Origin: an uncultured Planctomycetales bacterium
GTDB lineage: Bacteria; Omnitrophota; Gorgyraeia; Gygaellales; Profunditerraquicolaceae
Length of the DNA stretch: 64,000 nucleotides
Reading direction: 5' to 3'
NCBI GenBank assembly: GCA_964487475.1
Contig: CAZAPM010000001.1
Location: forward strand, 12,374 to 76,373
Below the pieces are notes generated by a model. It did no database searches, was not told the origin of the DNA, and worked only from the letters and a program-made list of their open reading frames with translations. Positions 56,546-64,000 of the stretch are shown here, piece by piece (the first letter of the stretch is position 1; each line of letters starts with the position of its first letter). Position numbers and translations under genes: made by a program.

Positions 56546-59338
56546 ATGGATGAGATCATAATCAGGGGCGCGCGGGAACATAACCTTAAGAACATCGATC
56601 TGACCCTGCCGCGTAACAAGCTTATCGTGGTGACGGGGCTTTCCGGGTCGGGAAAGTCCAGCCTGGCGTTCGATACCATCTATGCCGAAGGCCAGCGCCG
56701 GTATGTGGAGAGCCTCTCCAGCTATGCCCGCCAGTTCCTGGAGCAGCTGCAAAAGCCCCAGGTGGAGCATATCGAAGGGCTTTCCCCGGCTATCGCCATC
56801 GAGCAGCGCGGGGCGGGAGGCAATCCCCGCTCGACCGTGGCCACCCAGACCGAGATATACGATTACTTAAGGCTGCTTTTCGCGCGCATCGGCAAGGTCT
56901 ACTGTTACCAGTGCGGCCGGCCCATAGCGCGGCAGAGCGCGCAGGAGATCGTCTCTCAGGTCCTGAGATTCCCGCAGCCCTGCCAGGTGATGATCCTGGC
57001 GCCTATGGTGCAGGGCAAGAAGGGGGAGTACCGGGATATCTTCTCCCAAATACAGAAAGCCGGGTTCGTGCGCGCCAGGATCGACGGGAAGGTGTGCACC
57101 GCGGAGGATGCCCCGAAGCTGGATAAATACAAGGTGCACACCATCGAGGTCGTGGTGGACCGGATCAGGGCGGAGGCGGGGCAGAAGCAGCGACTGACCG
57201 ATTCCGTGGAAACGGCCCTGAAGGTCGGCAAGGGGCATGCGGTGGTGGCGGTGGAAGGGGGCAAGGAACATCTCTTCAGCGAGGAGTATGCCTGTACCTC
57301 CTGCGGGATAAGTTATGCGGAAGTCGAGCCGCGCACCTTCTCCTTCAATTCTCCCTACGGCGCCTGCCCCGAATGCAACGGCCTGGGCACGAAGCTCGAG
57401 TTCGACGAGGCGCTGGTAGTGCCTGATGCGTCCCGTTCGATCAACGAAGGAGCGCTCGAGCCGTGGAGGCGGGGTGGCAAGGGGTATATCATGTACTACC
57501 GCTGGCTGCTGCGGGAACTGTCCCGGGAGATGGGGTTTTCCCTGGATGCGCCCTTTAAATCCTTTTCCAAGAAGACCCGCAAGTCCATCCTCTACGGTAC
57601 GGACGAGGTGGAGGTGGGGGATAAGCCTTTCGAGGGAGTGATACCCCATCTGGAGCGGCTATTCCGCCAGACGGAGAGCGATTACCTCAAGGAGGAGATC
57701 TCCAAGTATATGTCCACGCTTCCCTGCCCGGCGTGCGGGGGCGCCCGTTTGCGCAGGGAGAGCCTGGCGGTCAAGGTGCAGGGCAAGAACATCTCGGAAG
57801 TGACGCAGATGTCGATCAAGGACGCCGTGAGCTACTTTGCCGGACTGGAGCTTACGGAACGCGAACAGGCGATCGCCGCCCAGGCGCTCAAGGAGATCAC
57901 CCAGAAGCTGCGCTTCTGCGTCGACGTAGGGCTGGATTACCTCACTCTGGACCGCAAGAGCGCCACCCTCTCCGGGGGAGAGGCGCAGCGCATCAGGCTG
58001 GCCACCCAGGTCGGTTCCGGTCTGGTGGGAGTGCTCTACGTGCTCGACGAGCCAAGTATCGGGCTGCACCAGCGGGACAACGACAAGCTTATCGCCACGA
58101 TGCTGCGGCTGCGCGACCTGGGGAACACCATCATCGTGGTGGAGCATGACGAGTACACGATGCGCGCCGCGGATTATCTGGTGGACCTGGGCCCGGGCGC
58201 GGGAAGGCTGGGCGGGCATGTGGTGTGCGCCGGCCCGAGGGAGGAGTTCCTGCGCTGCAAGGATTCCCTGACCGCCCGTTACCTGCGGGGGGAGATCGTG
58301 CTGCCGGTCCCCGGACAGCGCCGGCCCTGGGAAGGCAGGCCCTGTCTCGAGGTCAAGGGCGCCAGGGCGCATAACCTGAAGGATATCGACGCGCGTTTTC
58401 CTTTGGGGACGTTCATCTGTGTGACCGGGGTCTCCGGGTCGGGAAAATCCACCCTGATCGACGATATCCTTTATAAGGCGCTGGCCCAGAAGCTGTACCA
58501 TTCCAAGGAACGGCCGGGCGCACATGCCCAGCTGAAAGGGGTGGAGCACATCGATAAGGTGATCGTGGTGGACCAGGCTCCCATCGGCCGCACTCCCCGT
58601 TCGAACCCCGCGACGTATACGGGAGTGTTCGCGCCCATCCGGGACCTTTTTTCCAAACTTCCCGAATCCCGGGCCAGAGGCTATAAACCGGGGCGTTTTT
58701 CCTTCAACGTGAAAGGCGGCCGCTGCGAGACGTGCATGGGCGACGGGATCAAGAAGATCGAGATGCACTTCCTGGCCGATGTTTACGTGAAATGCGATAT
58801 CTGCCGGGGGAGGCGCTTTAACGAGGCGACCTTGGAGGTTACCTACAAGGGTAAGTCCATCGCCGACGTGCTGGAGATGACGGTGGAGGAGGGGCTGGAC
58901 CTTTTTTCCAGCATCCCCCAGATCAGGCATACGCTTTCCTACCTGAACGACGTGGGTTTAGGGTATATCCAGATCGGCCAGGCCGCGACCACGCTTTCCG
59001 GAGGCGAGGCGCAGCGCATCAAGCTTTCCGCCGAGCTTTCCCGGCGCGCGACCGGAAGGACTCTCTATATCCTTGACGAGCCTACCACCGGGCTGCACTT
59101 CGCGGACGTGCAGAAGCTCATCGCCGTGCTGCAGCGCCTGGTGGATAAGCACAACACCGTGATCGTGGTCGAGCACAACCTGGAAGTCATCAAATCCGCG
59201 GATTACCTTCTGGACTTAGGCCCGGAGGGAGGGGACGCGGGGGGCAGGATCGTCGCCGCCGGAAGCCCCGAAGAAGTGGCGCAGGTGAAAGCCTCCTTTA
59301 CCGGCGCGTTCCTGCGAAACGTATTGAAGAAGCAATGA
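56546..59338 (+). CDS. uvrA: excinuclease ABC subunit A
   Basis: Two ABC modules ([20 protein letters not shown]; LSGGEAQR twice) and the CxxC zinc-finger insertions. Confidence 0.95.
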   Translation: MDEIIIRGAREHNLKNIDLTLPRNKLIVVTGLSGSGKSSLAFDTIYAEGQRRYVESLSSYARQFLEQLQKPQVEHIEGLSPAIAIEQRGAGGNPRSTVATQTEIYDYLRLLFARIGKVYCYQCGRPIARQSAQEIVSQVLRFPQPCQVMILAPMVQGKKGEYRDIFSQIQKAGFVRARIDGKVCTAEDAPKLDKYKVHTIEVVVDRIRAEAGQKQRLTDSVETALKVGKGHAVVAVEGGKEHLFSEEYACTSCGISYAEVEPRTFSFNSPYGACPECNGLGTKLEFDEALVVPDASRSINEGALEPWRRGGKGYIMYYRWLLRELSREMGFSLDAPFKSFSKKTRKSILYGTDEVEVGDKPFEGVIPHLERLFRQTESDYLKEEISKYMSTLPCPACGGARLRRESLAVKVQGKNISEVTQMSIKDAVSYFAGLELTEREQAIAAQALKEITQKLRFCVDVGLDYLTLDRKSATLSGGEAQRIRLATQVGSGLVGVLYVLDEPSIGLHQRDNDKLIATMLRLRDLGNTIIVVEHDEYTMRAADYLVDLGPGAGRLGGHVVCAGPREEFLRCKDSLTARYLRGEIVLPVPGQRRPWEGRPCLEVKGARAHNLKDIDARFPLGTFICVTGVSGSGKSTLIDDILYKALAQKLYHSKERPGAHAQLKGVEHIDKVIVVDQAPIGRTPRSNPATYTGVFAPIRDLFSKLPESRARGYKPGRFSFNVKGGRCETCMGDGIKKIEMHFLADVYVKCDICRGRRFNEATLEVTYKGKSIADVLEMTVEEGLDLFSSIPQIRHTLSYLNDVGLGYIQIGQAATTLSGGEAQRIKLSAELSRRATGRTLYILDEPTTGLHFADVQKLIAVLQRLVDKHNTVIVVEHNLEVIKSADYLLDLGPEGGDAGGRIVAAGSPEEVAQVKASFTGAFLRNVLKKQ

Positions 59339-59360
59339 GTAAGTGGTATAGTACCTTTCT

Positions 59361-61847
59361 ATGAAACTTCAATCCATGCGAATTTTTCTTGCCGTTGCCG
59401 CGTTTTTTTCCGCTGTCGTTCTTTTCCCGGAGCCGCCTGTCGGCGCCCAATCCGTCTCCAAGGAACAAGAGATGCTCTTCGTGGCCCGCAAGGCCCTTGA
59501 CGACGGGTTTTACGACGTCAGTCTGGGGCTGTTGGACCGTTTCATCAAGACGTACCCTCAGTCCGCCCAGATCCCGGAGGCGCAGCTTTTGGTCGGCCAG
59601 TGCTATTTCCAGCAGAACCGTTACCTTGACGCGCTTGGCAAGTTCGAGGAGCTTTTGCGCAATCCCGGCGCCCGGGAGATCAAGGACGCGCTGCATTACT
59701 GGATCGCGGAAGTCCACTTCAAGGGGAATAATTTCGCCAAGGCCGCGGAGTACTACAAGAAGGTGATCGATGTCACCCCGCCTTCCGCATACCGTCTGGC
59801 AGCCTATTATTCCTTGGGGTGGTGCCTTTTACAGGAAGGCAAGTACCAGGAAGCCCTGAAATACTTCAAGACCGTGGAGGAGACCTATCCTAAGGAATCC
59901 CTGGCGAAGGACGCGGCGTTCAAGTCCATCGAGTGCCTTTATAACCTCAAGCAGTACCCGGCGCTCCAGGAGAAGGTCAGGTACTGCCTGAAGAAATTCA
60001 GCGACGATCCCTCCAAGCTCCCGTACCTTAATTACTACATGGCCGAGGCGTTCTACTACCAGAACAATTTCACCGAGGCCGCCGCCTGGTATGAGAAGGT
60101 GCTGGTGACCACCAGAGACGAAAAGATACTCTCGTTGTCCCGGATGGGGATGGGGTGGTCCTATCTGAAGCTGAAGCGTTATCCCGAGGCGCTTTCCGCC
60201 TTTTCCGCGGTCGTTCCGGACCATCTGGAACGCGCCAGCCGCGAAGTGCTGCTGCTGGGGAAAGCCACTCTGTTCGTGGAGCGCAAGGACTGGGAGCAGT
60301 CGGTCGCGGTGTATGAGGAGCTTTTGACCGTGGCGGCCGACCTGGAGGTGATCGTGCAGGCGTATCTGGGCCTGGCGGAATCCCAGTACAACCTTTCCCG
60401 TTATGCGCAGGCGATGGAAACGTACAAACGCGCCCTGGCCAAGGCGGAGGATAAGGTCTCGCAGGAGGTGCTGGATAAGCTGCATTACGGTCTGGCCTGG
60501 TCGTATCTGAAGGAGGGCGAGTTCAAGAGCGCCATAGAGGAGTTCCGCCGGATCGCGAAATCGAGCACGGATAAGATGGTCAAGGTGGCCGCGCTCTGCC
60601 AGATCGGGGATACCTACCAGGATTCTGCGGAGTATCAGAAGGCGATCCAGACGTATGACGGGATACTCAAGGAGTATCCCGATACCTTTTACAGCGATTA
60701 CGTGCAGTATCAGCTGGGGTTGAGCCTGCTCAAATCATCCCAGTATGACAGCGCGGTGGTCGCGTTCCAGAAGCTCAAAGCCGGTTTTCCGGACTCGAAA
60801 CTGGTGGATGATGCCACGTATGCGCTGGGCCTGGCGTATTTCCAGCGCGAGAACTATGCCGCCAGCCGCGAGGTGTTCTCCCAGTTCCAGCGGGAATTCA
60901 AGGACAGCCCTTTGCGGGCCCAGGCCACCTATCTGCTCGGAACGAGCTGGTTCAACCAGGGAAAATACGCGGAAGCGGTGGAGGTGTTCAAGGATGTGGT
61001 TCGTCTCTACGGGGATGACCAGGACCTGGTGCAGAAAGCGGAATACGAGATCGCGGATTGCTATTATCAGATGGGCAACGAGAAGGAAGCGATGACCAGG
61101 TTCAAGGCCCTGCGCACCAAGTACCCGGATTCCAGCCTGACCGCCGAGGTGATGTGGTGGCTGGGAGAGTATTATTTCCGGCATAAGGACCTGGTGCTGG
61201 CGCGCCGCTATTTCTCTTCCCTGATACAGGATTATTCCAAGAGCCCGCTGGTCACCGACGCTTATTTCGCGCTCGCCTCCATCGACGTGGAGGAGGATAA
61301 GCCCCGGGAGGCGATCGAAAAATTCAAGAAAGTGATGGCCCTGGGAAAGACCGACTTAGCCGGTACCGCGGCTATCTCCATCGCGGATGTGTACGCCAAG
61401 ATGGAACAGTACGGCCAGGCGCTCGACGCCCTGAAGGAGACGGTCGCGCGCAATGCCAATCTTGCGCCTTTCGTCTACCCGAAGATGGGGGATATCTACC
61501 GGACGCAGGCGCAGTTCGATGAAGCGCTGCATTGGTACCGCAAAGCGCTGGAGATCGTGCCGGTGCGGGAGACCAGCCGGATGCAGTTCAGGATAGGGGA
61601 GGTGCTGGAGCAGCAGCAGCGGTACGGACAGGCGATCGAGGAGTACCTGAAGGTGCCCTACCTTTTCTCCGAGACCAGCGAGTTGTCGGTCAAGGCGTAT
61701 CTGCGGGTGGCGTCCCTGTACGAGGAGCAGGAGAAGCTCAAGGATGCCGCGGCGGTGTACGCGAAACTCGCGGGAATGAACGTGGACGAGTCGAAATATG
61801 CGCGCGAGCGCATTGAATGGATCAATAACGTCATGCGCGGCCGGTAG
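59361..61847 (+). CDS. periplasmic tetratricopeptide-repeat protein (828 aa)
   Basis: Signal peptide. More than 15 TPR-like A/Y/L-rich 34-aa repeats throughout. Confidence 0.75.
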   Translation: MKLQSMRIFLAVAAFFSAVVLFPEPPVGAQSVSKEQEMLFVARKALDDGFYDVSLGLLDRFIKTYPQSAQIPEAQLLVGQCYFQQNRYLDALGKFEELLRNPGAREIKDALHYWIAEVHFKGNNFAKAAEYYKKVIDVTPPSAYRLAAYYSLGWCLLQEGKYQEALKYFKTVEETYPKESLAKDAAFKSIECLYNLKQYPALQEKVRYCLKKFSDDPSKLPYLNYYMAEAFYYQNNFTEAAAWYEKVLVTTRDEKILSLSRMGMGWSYLKLKRYPEALSAFSAVVPDHLERASREVLLLGKATLFVERKDWEQSVAVYEELLTVAADLEVIVQAYLGLAESQYNLSRYAQAMETYKRALAKAEDKVSQEVLDKLHYGLAWSYLKEGEFKSAIEEFRRIAKSSTDKMVKVAALCQIGDTYQDSAEYQKAIQTYDGILKEYPDTFYSDYVQYQLGLSLLKSSQYDSAVVAFQKLKAGFPDSKLVDDATYALGLAYFQRENYAASREVFSQFQREFKDSPLRAQATYLLGTSWFNQGKYAEAVEVFKDVVRLYGDDQDLVQKAEYEIADCYYQMGNEKEAMTRFKALRTKYPDSSLTAEVMWWLGEYYFRHKDLVLARRYFSSLIQDYSKSPLVTDAYFALASIDVEEDKPREAIEKFKKVMALGKTDLAGTAAISIADVYAKMEQYGQALDALKETVARNANLAPFVYPKMGDIYRTQAQFDEALHWYRKALEIVPVRETSRMQFRIGEVLEQQQRYGQAIEEYLKVPYLFSETSELSVKAYLRVASLYEEQEKLKDAAAVYAKLAGMNVDESKYARERIEWINNVMRGR

Positions 61848-61877
61848 GCCTGCGGGGCGGACATTTAAGGAGGAACC

Positions 61878-62510
61878 ATGGAACTGTATAAGATGAACTT
61901 CTGGCAGGTCTTCTTGGCGGGGGGGCCGGTGATGTGGCCCATTTTGCTCTGTTCGGTGTTCGCCCTGGCGATCATCATCGAGAGATTCCTTTACCTGCGC
62001 CGGGTCAAGGTCGGCACCGCGGAGTTCCTGCAGGGCATTCTGGACAAGATGAAGCGCCACCAGATCAAGGAAGCGCTGGAAGCCTGCGATGCCAACCCCA
62101 GCCCCATCGCCCATATCCTCAAGGGAGGTATCCTTAAGTACGACCGGCCGAAACCGCAGATCAAGGAAGCGATCGAGGATGCGTCCCTTTTCGAGATACC
62201 TAAGCTGGAGAAGCATCTGCCGGCGTTGGCAACCATCGCGCACATCTCGCCGTTATTGGGGCTTCTGGGAACGGTTACGGGTATGGTGCAGGCGTTCCAG
62301 GTGATCCAGGCCAAGTCCACCAGCCTGCATCCCGTGTCCCCGGGCGATCTGGCCGGAGGCATCTGGGAGGCGCTGCTGACCACGGTCGCCGGCCTGGTGG
62401 TCGCGATCCCCACCTTCGTCGCGTATAATTATCTGGTGCACCGGGTCAACAGCATCATCCTGGAGATGGAAAAAGCGGCCACCGAATTTGTCAACTTCCT
62501 GAGCGAGTAA
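61878..62510 (+). CDS. exbB: MotA/TolQ/ExbB proton-channel family protein
   Basis: Three TM helices and the conserved C-terminal block AEALLTTVAGLVVAIP. Confidence 0.85.
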   Translation: MELYKMNFWQVFLAGGPVMWPILLCSVFALAIIIERFLYLRRVKVGTAEFLQGILDKMKRHQIKEALEACDANPSPIAHILKGGILKYDRPKPQIKEAIEDASLFEIPKLEKHLPALATIAHISPLLGLLGTVTGMVQAFQVIQAKSTSLHPVSPGDLAGGIWEALLTTVAGLVVAIPTFVAYNYLVHRVNSIILEMEKAATEFVNFLSE

Positions 62511-62521
62511 GGGAGGGGACG

Positions 62522-62923
62522 ATGAGATTCAAGCGACATATGAAGATGGAGCACGGGTTAAAGCAGATCGACATCGCGCCTTTGATCGACGTGGTCTTTC
62601 AGCTGCTCATCTTTTTCATGCTCACCTCGAGTTTTGTGATCCAGCCGGGGATCACCGTCAATCTGCCTAAGGCCGTGACCAGCGAGATCGTCAAATTCGA
62701 CAACCTGGAGTTCGTAGTCTCCGCCGAGAATATCACCTATTTCGCCGGCAAGGTGGTGACCATGAAAGAGCTCAAAGAGATGCTCACGCAGGCAGCCAGG
62801 AATAAAAAATCGGTGTTGATCAAGTCTGACCGCCGGGCCTCCATGGGCAGGGTGGTGGAGATCTGGGATCTGGCGCGCGATACCGGTGTCGGTCAGGTGA
62901 GCATAGCGACGAACCAGGAATGA
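62522..62923 (+). CDS. exbD: ExbD/TolR family biopolymer transport protein
   Basis: INVTPLIDVxxxLLIFFM-type N-terminus (IDIAPLIDVVFQLLIFFML). Confidence 0.85.
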   Translation: MRFKRHMKMEHGLKQIDIAPLIDVVFQLLIFFMLTSSFVIQPGITVNLPKAVTSEIVKFDNLEFVVSAENITYFAGKVVTMKELKEMLTQAARNKKSVLIKSDRRASMGRVVEIWDLARDTGVGQVSIATNQE

Positions 62924-63570
62924 TCTCCCGGGGGTTTCGGTACGGCATCCTCGTGTCCTGTGCCTTCCACGGTATCACCGCCGCGCTTTTCACCTTCTCT
63001 TTCGGGCGGGTGCTGCCGGCCCCCTCGGTTACCGAAACGCACTTCCTCGGACAGTTGCTGAACAGCTGGGATATCGTTCCGGAGATGGCGGCGGCCACAG
63101 GCATGGTGCGGACCAGGGAGGGGGTGGATGCGCTGCTTCCCGCTGCCAAGTCCAGAGCCCGGGCGGTTCCGGAGCAGCTGCCTTTTGCAGCCCTTAAGCC
63201 CGGGAGGGCGGTCGTGATCGTTCCGGAGAAGGGATCCGCGGCATTCCATCAGGTCCCGTTCCCGGTACGCGTGGAGCCCGTGATCACCTTTTACCCCCAC
63301 TTAAGCCCCAACATCCTGCTTTATTTCAAGGACCGGCAGAACATACATATGGAGCTCGGATACATGATGGAGCTTCGGCAGGGACGTCCCAAGGTGCAGG
63401 TAAGAAGGAGGGTTTCTTCCGGGAACCTGGAGGCGGATCTTTTGAGTATGCGTTATATCGGCCGTTCTTTGATGCTGCATCAGGTGTATCTTGAGCCGTC
63501 CCACTGGTATCGCGCAAAGATCGATCTTGCGGTCGGTCGAGCCGGGGAGAAGGGGAATGCTGGTCATTGA
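62920..63570 (+). CDS. TonB C-terminal-domain-like membrane-anchored protein
   Basis: N-terminal TM anchor. The C-terminal block KVQVRRRVSSGNLEADLLSMRYI follows the TonB_C pattern (..V.V.V..SSG...LD.aA..A). No Pro-rich spacer. Confidence 0.5.
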   Translation: MISRGFRYGILVSCAFHGITAALFTFSFGRVLPAPSVTETHFLGQLLNSWDIVPEMAAATGMVRTREGVDALLPAAKSRARAVPEQLPFAALKPGRAVVIVPEKGSAAFHQVPFPVRVEPVITFYPHLSPNILLYFKDRQNIHMELGYMMELRQGRPKVQVRRRVSSGNLEADLLSMRYIGRSLMLHQVYLEPSHWYRAKIDLAVGRAGEKGNAGH

Positions 63571-63781
63571 TTTCGGGATGGCGGTTGCGATGGGGATGGC
63601 CGTGGCTCTGGCGGCCGTTGCCGTGGTGTGGGGGTTCTCCCGTACCCAAAAAGAAAAGGAGTCCTCCCTCGATCCCAAGCACATCCGGTATTGTGCAATA
63701 TGCACGTATTCCTACGTGAACACGCATGGCGAAGATATTACAACGTGTCCCCGTTGCGGCAGTTACAACAAAAGGTATTGA
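63557..63781 (+). CDS. small membrane protein with C-terminal CxxC...CxxC zinc ribbon, hypothetical
   Basis: Start chosen at MLVIDFG. It has a TM helix and a CAIC...CPRC ribbon. Its 3' half is AT-richer. Confidence 0.35.
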   Translation: MLVIDFGMAVAMGMAVALAAVAVVWGFSRTQKEKESSLDPKHIRYCAICTYSYVNTHGEDITTCPRCGSYNKRY

Positions 63782-63805
63782 CAGTGATGGGGTGTACACA
63801 TATAC
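63777..63805 (+). promoter_or_regulatory. textbook sigma70 promoter (TTGACA-17-TATACT)
   Basis: Perfect -35, 17-bp spacer, and a 5/6 match at the -10. AGGAGG RBS sits 5 nt before the ATG at 63823. Confidence 0.55.
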
Positions 63806-63822
63806 TATTCTTAGGAGGCTAC

Positions 63823-64000
63823 TATGATAACCGAGATCGGTATTGTTGCGGGTGAGATCTGGCACTATCTTGACGAGCATGGTGAAGTTGACCTGGCAAC
63901 ACTGGTTAAGGGTATTGATAAGTCTCAGGGTAACGTGTTGATGAGCCTTGGCTGGTTGGCGAGGGAGGGGCATGTGATCGTGCTTGAGGATGCCCAGAAT
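63823..64000 (+). CDS. small winged-helix (wHTH, DUF2582-like) protein, 3' truncated by the window end
   Basis: MITEIGIVAGEIWHYLDEHGEVDLATLVKGIDKSQGNVLMSLGWLAREGHVIVL. A/T-ending codons contrast with the GC3-rich host genes. Confidence 0.45.

Noticed and set aside
1-64000. CRISPR arrays, tRNA/rRNA genes and transposase or integrase genes.
   Set aside because: I saw no regularly spaced direct repeats, cloverleaf-like intergenic sequences or DDE/tyrosine-recombinase-like ORFs on either strand. Intergenic spacers are short and are accounted for by promoters and terminators.

Overview
This is a high-GC (~62-65%) bacterial chromosomal segment. Every confidently called gene (~65 CDSs) lies on the + strand. 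All long minus-strand ORFs in the track are Arg/Pro/Gly-rich antisense artefacts of GC-rich coding DNA. No rRNA, tRNA, CRISPR array, transposase or integrase was seen.

The housekeeping backbone runs, in order:
- rubrerythrin
- dus
- recG, rsmD, coaD, yceD
- rpmF-plsX-fabH-fabD-fabG-acpP-fabF (canonical type II FAS)
- leuC-leuD-[small ORF]-leuB, asd, truA
- rplM-rpsI
- argC-argJ-argB-argD-[secreted ORF]-argF-argG-argH-[secreted ORF]-lysA-dapF-lemA-dapA-dapB-(dapL-like aminotransferase)
- folK-panC-nadX
- uvrA
- TPR protein-exbB-exbD-tonB-like

Accessory or unusual content:
- Two tandem PilT-family retraction ATPases flanked by two PilZ-domain proteins.
- A cupin::YjeF_N (NAD(P)HX epimerase) fusion and a short TamB-like protein.
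- A second FAS/PKS-like operon tightly packed after dus: an inactive KS (chain-length-factor-like), a FabG-like KR, a FabZ-like DH and an active KS. It is followed by a PagL-like outer-membrane deacylase with its own consensus promoter.
- A 2688-aa secreted giant protein with three ~145-aa repeats, a purple-acid-phosphatase-like domain, DUF11 and SdrD-B-like domains, and a ~900-aa C-terminal predicted beta-barrel.
- A DUF2079 polytopic membrane protein next to a SAM-methyltransferase::GT2 fusion.
- An 80-aa Lys-rich protein built from a duplicated ~33-aa motif.
- At the 3' end, a compositionally foreign small wHTH gene behind a textbook sigma70 promoter.

Several near-consensus sigma70 promoters and rho-independent terminators are visible. 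Coordinates of these small elements were indexed by hand and are approximate (+/-2 nt). CDS coordinates follow the ORF track, with N-terminal trimming where conserved family starts and RBSs indicate a later start.
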